Below, in pieces: positions 26,331 to 38,312 of a stretch of DNA of 64,000 bases. Source of the DNA: Hemiscyllium ocellatum (taxonomy: Eukaryota); assembly GCF_020745735.1 (NCBI RefSeq), contig NC_083405.1:63702345-63766344 (forward strand). Reading direction: 5' to 3'. The notes beneath the pieces are model-generated. The model searched no databases, was not told the DNA's origin, and was given only the letters and a program-made list of their open reading frames with translations. Both the position numbers and the translations under genes were made by a program. The first letter of the stretch is position 1, and every line of letters begins with the position of its first letter.

Positions 26331-26534
26331 TTATTTTTTTCAAAAAGGTATTTATTTGATTCATAACAGGACTACTTTGACTTATTTCCCACATTATACT
26401 GAAGTTATCCAATTCAATTGTATGAAACGTTTCAAATTTTCCATGGAAAGATCTGACTTAATGGTTAGGATGGCCAATATTGCTTTGTCATAAAATACTC
26501 TTCCATCTGATTATGGTTTAAAGTCCTGGTTTTT

Positions 26535-26600
26535 TGTGTGTGCGCGCGTGTGCGTGTGCGTGTGCGCGCGCGCGCGCGGGGGGGTAGGGGGTAGGTGGTG
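26535..26600 (+). repeat. Alternating (TG)/(CG) microsatellite followed by G-runs
   Basis: tgtgtgtgcgcgcgtgtgcgtgtgcgtgtgcgcgcgcgcgcgc then gggggggtagggggtaggtgg. Confidence 0.9.
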
Positions 26601-26603
26601 AGT

Positions 26604-26725
26604 ACTTCTCCTGCTTAGTGCAAAACAGTGTCATACAAAGAAGTGAGCGGCAGGGAATTGAATTGCGTGACTTACTACAATTCATGGACAGAAACCTATC
26701 ATGAAATTGCCGTGGCTGACGTTTG
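26604..26725 (+). repeat. Copy 2 of the 122-bp duplicated unit
   Basis: Shares cgtgacttactacaattcatggacagaaacct exactly with copy 1. Confidence 0.9.
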
Positions 26726-27212
26726 CACAGTAGGTTTCACAGTAATTCATGTCAGGACAGAATCACAGAATACCATTTGATGTACATATTTTTATCAATG
26801 AACTCACATTTTTGTGAAAACAGCCATTCAGATTGTGTTTGCAAGTTATTGCACTTCCTGTTAAATATTTGAATTTATTGTAAAGTAAGTTTTAATTTAA
26901 TACTCCTGTATTAATTCCATATTGTTTGACCCTTTTTCGTTCATAACACTAGTAGTTTCCTTGTTTGCATTGCTTGGTGTTTCAACTTCGTTTTCAGTTG
27001 GCAAAACAGAGGAACAATGGAAAACTCCAACTAATTCACGGCACAGTCAGGCTTCACAAGCACCATGTTGCAGAACAGTTTTTAAACTTTGGCAGTTGTG
27101 AGACGTAAAATTACAAAGTATTTTCTGAAGCTGTAGATTGGCCTGGTTACAGGATTTACTCAAACAAATTCCAGGATGCCAGGGTGAAATATTTCAGTAT
27201 ATAAATGTACCA

Positions 27213-27242
27213 TTTAATTGTAAATTATAATTTACAATTAAA
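27213..27242. repeat. Perfect 30-bp AT-rich palindrome
   Basis: tttaattgtaaattataatttacaattaaa equals its own reverse complement. Confidence 0.95.
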
Positions 27243-27367
27243 AAAACTACTGTCCCCAAAATTCAGCATTAAAGTGGCTGTTCAGACATGATATAGAATA
27301 GCTTGCCAAGTGATATCACAGTTTATTTCATCTGAAGAGGAGGTCCTTGGTGCCTTAGAATTCATTT

Positions 27368-27563
27368 GATGTGAGGAGCCGATGTTGGACTGGGGTGGAC
27401 AAAGTTAAAAATCACATAACACCAGGTTATACGTCGACAGGTTTATTTGGAAGCACTAGCTTTTGGAGCACTGCTCCTTCATCAGGTGAGCAGTTCTCCA
27501 AAAGCTAGTGCTTCCAAATAAACCCACTGGGCTATAACCTGGTGTTATGCGAATTTTAACTTT
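27368..27563. mobile_element. Fold-back PLE pLTR pair (second family) with a mutated hammerhead at 27454-27488 on the minus strand
   Basis: Arms 27401-27476 and 27488-27563 are inverted repeats. Minus strand reads CAC-CTGATGA-A-GGAGC(AGT)GCTCC-AAAAG-CTA-GTG (GAAA changed to AAAA). Homologous to 61294-61419. Confidence 0.82.
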
Positions 27564-27589
27564 TTAAATTTGAGTGATGCCTTCCCATC

Positions 27590-27895
27590 ACTCCATCTGG
27601 GGGAGTCCAGAACTAGAGGGCATGGGTTTAGGGTGAGAGGGGAAAGATATAAAAAAAGACCAAAGGGGCAACTTTTTCACAGAGGGTAGCACATGTATGG
27701 AATGAGCTGCCAGAGGATGTGGAAGAGGCTGGTATAATTGCAACATTTAAGTGGCATCTGGATGTGTATATGAATAGGAAAGGTTTGGAGGATATGGGCC
27801 GGGTGCTGGCAGGTGGGCCTAGATTGGGCTGGGATATCTGGTCGGCATGGATGGGTTGGACCGAAGGGTCAGTTTCCATGCTGTACATCTCTATG
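27590..27895 (+). mobile_element. CR1/HER1 3' end fragment (young)
   Basis: Near reverse complement of 17069-17300. Confidence 0.85.
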
Positions 27896-29819
27896 TGCGT
27901 ACATGGCAATTAATTTGCTTTATTTGAAAGATTTGATCATAGCCTTCGCCAGCAGCCCAACTCTTCCCTAAAAGAGTGACGACCATATGCTTAAACTACT
28001 GCAATTACAGATTTAAAAACTAAACAATTCCACTGACTGTTATATGAATATGTGCATGTGGGCAGAAGAGCAGCTTGGACTAATAATACAATGACAGCAT
28101 AATACTCATTTATTTTCAAATCTTAACACGCCAGCTCAGCGTTATTTCCCACGAGCAATAAAAGTTCTGATTGTTAAATAAGCAAAATAAATACTCAGTT
28201 ATAAACTGCTTTAAACCCAAGTATCTGAGCAATATTCCTAGTTGGAAGATGCCTTTTTTCAGTGCTCTCAGTGATGCATCAAATACAAAGATTCAAATAT
28301 TACATAATGTTACAGTTTTATACACACACACACACAATAATGTCACTATTCAAGGGAAGGGAAGAAGATGGACAAATGATAATGTTATTTGCATAACACG
28401 AATGATGCATGCGCAAAGATTTGGATGATTTAGTATTCGTGAACTTGCTGAAGAGTGTGTTTTGATAATGTCACAAAGGTGACTATAACTGCACATGCAC
28501 CAGTAAAATATGGCCACTGGTCATGTGTAAAATATGCTTCTCAATCATTAATAAGAGAGAGACACTGTTACTTGAGGTGATGTTGGGGGGGGGACCTGCA
28601 CATTTCTATTTAGGCAGAGACTTGAAAAATTGTTTAGCCTCAGTGAAGGTAGTGTAGCCATGACTAACATTTTCTTAAAAAAAAGAATCACCATATAGCT
28701 TATCCTTTGCACGTACATTGGTTTAGCTGCTCATATTTCACGTTTGCATTGGTATTCCCATATTAGAGTCACAATTCTTTCCCATTCAGCCCATGCCAAG
28801 GCATACAAAGCAATGGGCCAAGTGCTGGAAAACAGGATTAGAATGGTCCACTGGTTGTTTTTGACTGTGCAGGAGTAATGGGCCAAAGAGCCTCTTTCTG
28901 TGCTGTAGACCTCTATGATTATGACATTAAGTTGTGACTTTTCCTTAGTGGCTTGTCCTCAACCTTTAAAAGAAAAGGAGTCATTTAAACAGTAGCTGGT
29001 ATCATTAAACAAATTCTGCTCAGATATTCAGGATCTTTCACTAGAATCTCCCCCAAACCCAAATAATGATATTTACTTCCTAGACCATGCCACACGTCAT
29101 AACAGTTTTCAGTTTTCCTGATCACTTCAGAATTCCAACATAAACTAAGAACATGTTTTGACCAGAAAAACCGAACGGAGGCTCAATATAGCTTCTGCCA
29201 GTTGTCATTATATCCTTGGTCTAGTCATGAAGATTGAATTAAATTGGTTAAAAAAAGGTCTGTACCCTTTCACATCAAGAAAACATTTGATGAATGAGCC
29301 CCAGGAGGCCAGTAATACTAAAGTCAAATCCAAGTCATTGATAATTAGGGACAAATCCAGTAACATCAAGTAAGAACGTCATGGCTGCTAGATGCAGAAG
29401 AACATAAGGAATGAGAGCAGGAGTAGGTCATTCAGGTATTTGAGTCCATGTCACCATTCAATGGGATCATTGAAATGATTTTCTATTTAACACCATTTTC
29501 TTGCATTATCTCTATTTTTCATAATTTTTTTTTAAAATGCAGAAATCCGTCAACCTTAGTCCTGAACATACTTAATTATAAGCCTTCATAAGCAGAGAAT
29601 GTCATGATCCTAAATAAACTAACCCTTGTTCAGAGACTGCATCCCCTGGTTTTAGACTCCCATGTTAAGGGAAATATCAGCCCTGCATCTTCCCGTTGAG
29701 TAGTCTAAGAATTTTACATACTTGGATGAGATTATCATTCATTCTTCAAAATTCCATAGAATAAGGGTCCAAATGTTTGAATCAATTGTCAAAAGGGCAA
29801 CTCTCTTCCAACCCAGGAA

Positions 29820-30025
29820 CTAGAATTAGAATTCCTACAGAATGGAAACAGGCCCTCCGGCCCAAAGTCCATACCAACCCTCCAAAGAGCCATTACCCAA
29901 CCAGATCCATTACCCTACCCTATTACTCTGCATTTCCCCTGATTATTGCACCTAACCCACACATCCCTGAACATACTGAGCAATTTAGCTTGACCAACTT
30001 GCCTAACCTGCACATCTTTGGACCA
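29820..30025 (-). mobile_element. 3' part of HE1/V-SINE nested in an old CR1 (about 29400-30170)
   Basis: Reverse complement reads gtccaaagatgtgcaggttaggc ... gctaaattgc ... ggcctgtttccattctgtaggaattcta. Confidence 0.75.
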
Positions 30026-30334
30026 TTGAACCACCATGTTTGCCCATCGTTTGGTGAAATCCCATTGCACTCTTTCCAAGACAGTGATGTCTTTGTCGGT
30101 AAAAGGACAAAAAAAATTGTACACAATATTTAAGATGTGGTTTCATCAATGCTCTGTACAACTGCAGTAATCATCCTAACTATGCAAAAACAGTGCAGAG
30201 GTTCTTTACATCAACATCCTAAGTCAAATTGTCTTCAGAGGTGAAGTTATTGAAAACAGAGTTATCATAAATCCATAGGTGGCTTATAAATGATCAGGTC
30301 AATATTGGTCACAGGTCTGTACCTCAGTGTAAAG

Positions 30335-32015
30335 ACATTAAGACACAGGAGCAGAAATTAGGCTACTCAGCCCACTGAATCTGCTCTGCCAATCAAATTA
30401 TGGCTAAAAAACTTTTTCAACCCCAATTTCCAACTTTCCCCCTGTAGCCTTTGATCCTTTCAGCAATCAAGAACCTATCATCTCAGTCTTAAATATACAC
30501 AATGGGCTGGTTTCCACAGCCTTCTGTGGCAATGAATTCCACTGATCCACCACTCTCTGGCTGAAAAAGTGTTTCTCCTTACCTCTGTTCTAAAGGGTCT
30601 TGCCTTTACTCTAAGGCTGTGCTCTCAGGTCCTTGTTTCTCCTGCCAATGGAAACATCTTCACAACATCCACTCTGTCCAGGCCAATCAGTAATCTGTAA
30701 GGTTCAATTAGATCCCCACTCTTCCTCCTAAACTCCTGGGATCATTCTCGTGAATGTCCTCTGAACCCACGCCAGGGCCAATACATCTTTCCTTAAGTAT
30801 TAGGCTTAAAATTGCTCACAATACTCTAAATATGGTCTGACCAAAGCCTTATAAAGCCTCAGAAGTGCATCCCTGCTTTTATATTCTAGTCCTCTTGAGA
30901 TGAATGACAACATTGCATTTGCCTTTCTAACTACTGACTCAACCTGCATTTATCAAGAGAAACAAGGACTCCCAAGTCCTTCTGCACTTCATATTTCTGA
31001 ATTTGCTCCCCATTTAGAAAATAGCCCATGCCTCAATTTCCCACATTGTATTTCATCTGCCACTTTGCCCACTCGCCCAACCTGTCTAAATCTTTCTGCA
31101 GTCTCCCCACCTGCTCAATACTAACTGCTCCGCCACCTATCTTTGTATCATCTGTTAACTCAGCCAGAAGGCCCTCAGTTCCTTCATCTAGATCATTAAT
31201 ATGTAAAGCAAAAAGTTGTGGTCCCAACACTGATTCTTGTGGAACACTAGTCACTGGCTTCCATCCTAAGAAGGTCATTTTTATCCCTATTCTCTGCCTT
31301 CTGCCAGACAGCCCATCTTCACTCCATGCTAGCACCTTGCCTTGAACACCACGGGCGGCACGGTGACTCAGTGGTTTGCACTGCTGCATCAGAGTGCCAG
31401 GGATCCGGGTTCGATTCCCGCCTTGGGCAATGGTCTGTGTGGAGTTTGCACATTCTCTCAGTGCCTGCGTGGGTTACCTCCGGGTGCTCTGGCTTCCTTC
31501 CATAATCTAAAGATGTGCAGATCAGGTGAATTGGTCATGCTAAATTGCCCATAGCATTAGATGCATTAGTCAGGGGTAAATATAGGGTAGGGAATGGGTT
31601 TGGGTGGGTTACTCTTTGGAGGGTCAGTGTGAACTTGATGGGCCAAATGGCCTGTTTCCATACTGTAGGGAATCTAATCTTATTCAGCAGTTTCCTATGT
31701 GGTTGATAACATCCATTGGCTCTCCTTGATCTAACCTGCTCATTATCTCCTCAAAAAAGAATTCTAGCATATTTGTCAGGTATGACCTCCCCTTGATGAA
31801 ACCATGCTGACTTTGTCCTATTTTACAATGCACTTCCAAATACTTATAAATCTCATCCTTCACAATGGACTCAACGACTGAGCCTTTAATTTCTTGACTT
31901 TTGCCTTGCTCCCTTCTTAAATAGAAGATTACAATAATGATTGTCCAGTCCTCTGGGACCTCCCTGACTCTAGTGGTACCTGAAAGACCACTTCTAAAGC
32001 CTCCACTATCTCTTC
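30335..32015 (-). mobile_element. Internally deleted CR1 (RT remnants and tail)
   Basis: VTSVPQESVLGPQLFALHINDLDEG...DDTKIGG. Same subfamily as 46110-48703 (+). Confidence 0.85.
31353..31680 (+). mobile_element. Full-length tRNA-derived HE1/V-SINE
   Basis: Head gggcggcacggTGACTCAGTGG (A box) ... GGTTCGATTCC (B box), then V-domain, LINE-derived 3' part and tctaatct end. Confidence 0.88.
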
Positions 32016-32224
32016 ATTGTTAAGAAATTTTACGAGAGTTTCATCACCTTTGAATCATGTTGTGTCAATTCTATTCTTGTGACCATCAATTTCACAATAT
32101 GACTTTGGATCGGGGACAATTATGTCCAGTGAAATAGTGCTGGGTGAAATTAATAAAATATATTTCTCTTGCTATGTTTCATTTGATTTGGATAGGTGCT
32201 GCTGTTCTTGGGGTGTGTGTAGCA

Positions 32225-32910
32225 CTAAAAGCAAAGTACTGAGAAGCTGAAGATATGAAACAAAAGCAAAATGTGCTGGAGTAACTCAGGTCTGACAGCT
32301 GGGAGAGACAAAATTAATATTTATAATCTAATGTGTCATTTTGGAACTGAAGAGAGCTGAAAATGATGGTTTTTATGCTGTTGATAAAGGAGGAGGAGAA
32401 AAAGTGAAACAGATGGCGAGACTGCTCAGAGCAAAGGGAGTAGTAACTGTAGCAGAGACAAATGGGTAATGATGATGGGGGTGAATGGTAGATCAAAGAT
32501 TAACTGCACTGATAACAAACCAATGCAAACTAATCATTGAAGGTAGGGGATGAAATCAAATGGAGGATACTGCTCATGCTCTGAAGTTGCTGTACTAAAT
32601 GTTGAGTCTAAATGGTTCTAAAGTGGAAAACAAAATGCTATTCTTCCAACTTGCATTTGGCTTTGCTGGAGAACAGCAGTAGGGCTAGGACTGAAATGTT
32701 ACACCAACAGAAACTCCATTGTTGCTCTGGGTGGGGGTGGGGGGTCAAGGATTGAGGGCAAGTGTGCAGGAAATGGATCAGGCATGGGTGAAGGCCCTGA
32801 CAACCAGAGTGTGGAGTAATCCTCTATTGAGGGAAAAAAAACAGTACACTTGAGGCACCCTTCTGAAAGGTGGTATCATCAGGACAGATTAGCTGGACAT
32901 GGAGAAACTC
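32225..32910 (-). mobile_element. Old degenerate PLE 3' end (GIY-YIG C-terminus and pLTR)
   Basis: Minus strand near 32570-32690 resembles the KLEE.H..F...L.P..LN C-terminus of the 1469-2035 ORF. pLTR-like sequence at 32225-32350. Confidence 0.55.
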
Positions 32911-32954
32911 AGAATGTAATTAATTTTACACTGAATATATGGGGGACAGAAAAA

Positions 32955-35900
32955 TCAGAGTAATTCAGATGCACAGCATGGAAACAGACGCTTCGTTCCA
33001 ACTCGTCCAATCCTTTCAAGTTCCACAACATCTTTCTGACAGGAAGGAGACCAGAATTGCATCCAATATTCCAACAGTGGCCTAACTAATGTCTTGTACA
33101 GCAGCAATGTCCCAACTCCTGTACTCAATACTCCTGACCAACAAAAGAGAGCATACCATTTGCCTTCTTCACTATCCCATCTACCTGCAACTCCACTTTC
33201 CAGGAGCTATGAATCTGCACTCCAAGATCTCCTTGCTTAGCAATACTCCCCAGGACCTTACCATTAAGTGTATAAGTCCTGCTAAGATTTGCTTTCCCAA
33301 ATGTGAGGCAGCACCTCACATTTATTTGAATTAAACTCCATCTGCCACTTCTCGGCCCATTGGCCCATCTGATCAAGATCCTGTTGTAATCAGAGGTAAC
33401 CTTCTTCGTTATCCATTACACTTCCAATTTTGGTGTCATCTGCAAACTTACTAACTATACCTCTTCTGTGCACATTCAAATCATTTATGTAAATGACAAA
33501 AAGTAGAGGACCCAGCACCGATCCTTATGGCACTCCACTGGTCACAGGCCTCCAGTCTCAAAAACAACCCTCCACCATCACCCTCTGTCTTCCATCTTTG
33601 AGCTAGTTCTGTACCCAAATGGCTAGTTCTCTCTCTATTCCTTGAGATCTAACATTGCTAACCAGTCTCCCATGGAGAACCTTGTCGAACGCCTTACTGA
33701 AGTCCATATAGATTACATCTACTGCTCTGCCCTCATCAATCCTCTTCGTTTCTTCTTCAAAAAACTCAATCAAGTTTGTGAGACATGTTTCCCATGCACA
33801 AAGCCATCTCAACTATCCCTAATCAATCCTTGCTTTTCCAAATACATGTATATCCTGTCCCTCAGGAATCCCTCCAAGAACTTGCCCACCAGCAATGTCA
33901 GACTCACTGGTCTATAGTTCCCTGGCTTGATCTTACTGCCCTTCTTAAACAGTGACACCACGTTAGCCAAACTCCAGTCTTCCGGCACCTCATCTGGGAA
34001 TATCAATGATACAAGTATCTCAGCAAGAGGTCCAGCAATCACTTCTCTAGCTTCCCACAGAGTTCTAGAGTATACCTGATCAGGTCCTGGGGATTGATCC
34101 ACCTTTAACCGTTTCAAGACATCCAGCACTTCCTCCTCTGTAATCTGGACATTTTGCAAGGTGTCACCATCTATTTCGCTACTTTCTATATCTTCCATAT
34201 CCTTTTCCACAGTAAATACTGATGCAAAATATTCATGTAGTACCTCCCCCATTTTCTGTGGCTCCACACACAGGCCACATTGCTGATCTTTGAGGGGCCC
34301 TATTCTCTCCCTAGTTACCCTTTTGTCCTTAATATATTTGTAAAAACCCTTTGGATTCTCCTCAATTCTATTCGCCAAAGCTATTTCATGTCCCCTTTTT
34401 GCCCTCCTGATTTCCCTCTTAAGTATACTCCTCTTGCCTTTATACTCTTCTGAGGATTCACTTGATCTATCCTGTCTATACCTGACATATGCTTCCTTCT
34501 TTTTCTTAACCAAACCCTCAAATTCTTTAGTCATCCAGCATTCCCTATACCTACCAGCCTTTCCTTTCACCCTAACAGAAATATACTTTTGCTTGATTCC
34601 TGTTATCTCATTTCTGAAGGCTTCCCATTTTCCAGCCGGCCCTTTACCAGCGAACATTTGCCCTCAATCAGCTTTCGAAAGTTCTTGCCTAATACCATCA
34701 AAATTGGCCTTTCTCCAATTTAGAACTTCAACTTTTAGATCTGGTCTATCCTTTTTCAGCACTATTTTAAAACAAATAGAATTATGGTCGCTGGCCCCAA
34801 AGTGCTCCCCCACTGACACCTCAGTCATCTGCCCTGCCTTATTTCCCAAGAGTAGGTCAAGTTTTGCACCTTCTCTAGTCGGTACATCCACATACTGAAT
34901 CAGAAAATTATCTTGTACACACTTACCAAATTCCTCTCCATCCAAACCCTTAACACTATGGTAATCCCAGTCTATGTTTGGAAAGTTAAAATCCCCTACT
35001 ATAACTACCCTATTATTCTTACAGATAGCCGAGATCTCCCTACAAGTTTGTTTCTCAATTTCCCTCTGACTATAATACAATCCCAATAAGGAGATCATCC
35101 CTTTCTTATTTCTTAGTTCCACCCAAATAACTTCTCTGGATGTATTTCCAGGAATATCCTCTCTCAGCACAGCTGTAATGCTATCCCTTATCAAAAATGC
35201 CACTCCGCACTCTTTCCATCCTTCCTGTAACATTTGTATCCTGGAACATTAAGTTAGCAGTCCTGCCCATCCTTGAGCCATGTTTCTGTAATTTCTATGA
35301 TATCCCAGTCCCATGTTCCTAATCATGCCCTGAGTTCATCTGCCTTCCCTGTTAGGCCCCTTGCTTTGAAATAAATGCAGTTTAATTTATTAGTTGTACC
35401 TTGTCCCTGCCGGCTCTGACTGTTTGACTCGCTTCTGCTCTCAATTGTACCAGTCTCTAGATTGATCTCTTTCTTCACTATCTCCCTGAGTCCCACCTCC
35501 CCACCTTACTAGTTTAAATCCTCCTGAGCAGCTCTAGCAAATCTTCCTGCCAGTATATTAGTCCCCTTCCAATTCAGGTGCAAACCGTCCTTCTTATACA
35601 GGTCATTTCTAACCCAAAAGAGATTCCAATGGTCCAAAAAATGTGAATCCTTCTCCCATACACCAGCTCCTCAACCATGCCTTCATCTGCTCTATTCTCC
35701 TATTCCTGCCCTCACGAGCTTGTAGCACCGGAAGTAATCCAGATATTACTACTCTCAAGGACCTCCTTTTTAAGTTCCTGCCTAACACGCTGTCATCTCC
35801 CTTCAGAATCTCAACCTTTTCCCTTACTATGTCATTGGTTCCAATATGGACAATGACCTCTTGCTGGCCCCTATCCCCCTTGAGAACATTCTGCACCCTC

Positions 35901-36870
35901 TGAGACATCTTTGATCCTGGCACCAAGGAAGCAACACACCATTCTGATTTCTCACTGTTGGCCATAGTAATGTCTGTCTGTACCTCGAACTAGAGAGCCC
36001 CCTAACAGAATTGATCTCTTGGACCCCATTGTACCCCTCGTTGCATTAGAGCCAGTCTCAATACCAGAAACTTGGCTGTTCATGCTACGTTCCCCGATAA
36101 TCCATCATCCCCTACATTTTCCAAAACAGCATAACTGTTTGAAATTGGTATAGCCACAGACGGCTCCTGCACTAGCTGCCTACCTCTCTTACCTTTCCTG
36201 GAGTTAACCTATGTGACTGTATCTGAGACTTTTCCCCCTTCCTATAACTGCCATTCATCACATACTGTTGCTGTTGCAAATTCCTCATTGCTTCTAATTG
36301 TCTCTCCAATCGATCCATTTGATCTGATAAGATTCGCAACCAACAGCATTTATGGCAGAAAAAATCCACAGTAACCCTTAAACTCTCTTTAAACTCCCAC
36401 ATCTGACAAGAAGCACATAATCACTCTACTAAAGCCATTTTTGCTCCTTTACAATCTACAGGCCCAGAAAATAACACTGTCTTATTCCTCTACAAAACAC
36501 TGCCCCAGGTTATATGAACAGTTATGGTTTTTTGTTTAAGCTTAATCAAGAGACATATCTCAAAAAACATAATCAAGAAAGAACCCACTCTACTCACTAC
36601 TGCAGGCTTTCTGTTCCCACTTAAAAACAATACACTTATCTGCTTCTGTGCTGTGAACTTCACCCAACAGTTTCTCCAAGATCAGTTGTGAATTTCACTG
36701 TTTGTTAATTTTCCCAGATGCACGCAGATGTTCAGCAATACAGCAATACAAAGGCAGTAACTGTGCAGGTTCACTGCTGTGTCAGTTTCTTTCTCTCTCT
36801 CCTGCACTGACCTCACCACGTACTTCCTTTGTCTGTTCTTCTCCCTTTTAAAACTGCTGTTGCCAAAACT
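32955..36870 (-). mobile_element. Near-full-length CR1 (5' UTR, ORF1 Zn-finger/coiled coil/esterase, ORF2 APE and RT, deleted 3' end)
   Basis: MWE...CHKC...DRLERQL; VIVHIGTNDI; VGDFNFP, LDLLL and SDH; a 282-aa ORF2 segment; DVIYMDFSKAFDKV. Confidence 0.93.
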
Positions 36871-37026
36871 TTTAATTTAAAGTCAAGTTAATTTTGAAGG
36901 CCTGAAAGCAGAGCTAGGTAAACTGGAAAATTACTTTTAGGAGTTGGTAATAATGTTTCATTGACTTGCATTTAGGGGGAATATTTCAGTATACATTCCA
37001 AGAAAGAAGTTGTTCAAGGGAAAGAG

Positions 37027-38312
37027 TTGAATTTGAATTGAATTTATTGATGTGTCGCAAGGCACAGTGAAAATCGTTGTTTTGCGAGCAATACAGGCAG
37101 ATCAGAGTTAAGTAGCATAGAAAAGTAAATAATAGGTAAATAGCAGCAAAAACAAAAACACAGGTACAGGCACATGTTAAGAGTTTGAGTGTCCATTCAG
37201 TATTCTAACAGTAGGGCAGAAACTGTTTTGCAACCGGCTGGTGCATGTTCAGGCTTCTGTACCTCCTCCTCAAATGGTAAAATTGCCAGGGTGGGATGGA
37301 TCTTTGAGAATGCTGGCGGCCTTTCCTTGACAGTGGGCCCAGTAGATGGATTCCACAGATGGGATCGGTGATTGTCCGGGCCGAGTTCACCACTCTCTGT
37401 GACCGTCTCTGACTTTGAATGGCACAGTTGCCACACCAGGTAGTGATACATCAAGACAGCATGCTCTCGATGGTGCACCTATAAAAGTTGGCAAGGGTAT
37501 TTGCTGTCATGCCAAATTTTCTCAGCTGTCTGAGGAAGAAGAGACAGTGTTGGGCCTATGTAACTAGAGCATAAACATGAAGAAAGCTTGTTGTAGATGA
37601 CTACTCCCAGGAGTTTAATACTCCCCACTCGTTTCATCTCTGTGTTAACGTGTAGGGGAACACGAGTAACATCCCACCAAAAGTCAATAACGAGATCCTT
37701 GATTTAGCTGGCATTGAGAGCTAGGCTGTTCTCAGTGCACCATTTTTCCAGGTCTTCCACCTCCCGTCTGCAGTCTGAGATTTGACCAATTATGTGGTCT
37801 CATCAGCGAACTTGTAAATGACATTAGTCTGATATTTGGTGACACAGTCATGGGCATACAGTGAGTACAGTAGGGGGCTGAGTACGCACCAGTGTTGAGT
37901 GTTAGTGAGGATAAAATATTGTCCCCAATCTTCACTGATTGTGGCCTGTGGGTCAGGAAACTGAGGATCCGGTTGCAGAAAGTCATTGAAACATGATGCA
38001 TGAGCCTTCTTAGGCACAGGGATGATGTTGGCCCTCTTGAAGCAGGCAGGGAATGTGGCCTGTTGCAGGGAGAGGTTGAAGATGTCAGAAAAGACCTCTG
38101 CCAGTTGATCTGTGCATGCCCTGAGTGCACGGCCTAGTACTCCGTCCGGTCCCATCACTTTTCTTGGATTCACACAAAGGAAAACTGATCTGACCTCTGA
38201 TGCAGTGACTATTGGGGTAAGTTCATCATGATTTGTTGAAATAGGTGTTACCTCTCTACTGAAATTCTGGTCAGAGCAAGCATAGAAGGCGTTGAGACAA
38301 TCTGGGAGGTTC
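37027..38312 (-). mobile_element. Rex1/Babar-like LINE fragment with a large internal RT deletion
   Basis: LPDCLNAFYA...VNPRKVMGPDGV.GRALRAC.DQLAEVFSDIFNLSL...CFKRANIIPVPKK; CVLSPLLYSLYAHDC; KFADET; tail AATAAA plus (ATTCA)n-like. Confidence 0.85.

Noticed and set aside
25639-26725. Possible CRISPR-like or tandem array
   Set aside because: There are only two copies, no regular spacers, and the context is a vertebrate intron.
31353-31430. tRNA gene (A and B boxes present)
   Set aside because: It continues directly into the V-domain and LINE-like tail, so it is a SINE head rather than a cloverleaf tRNA.
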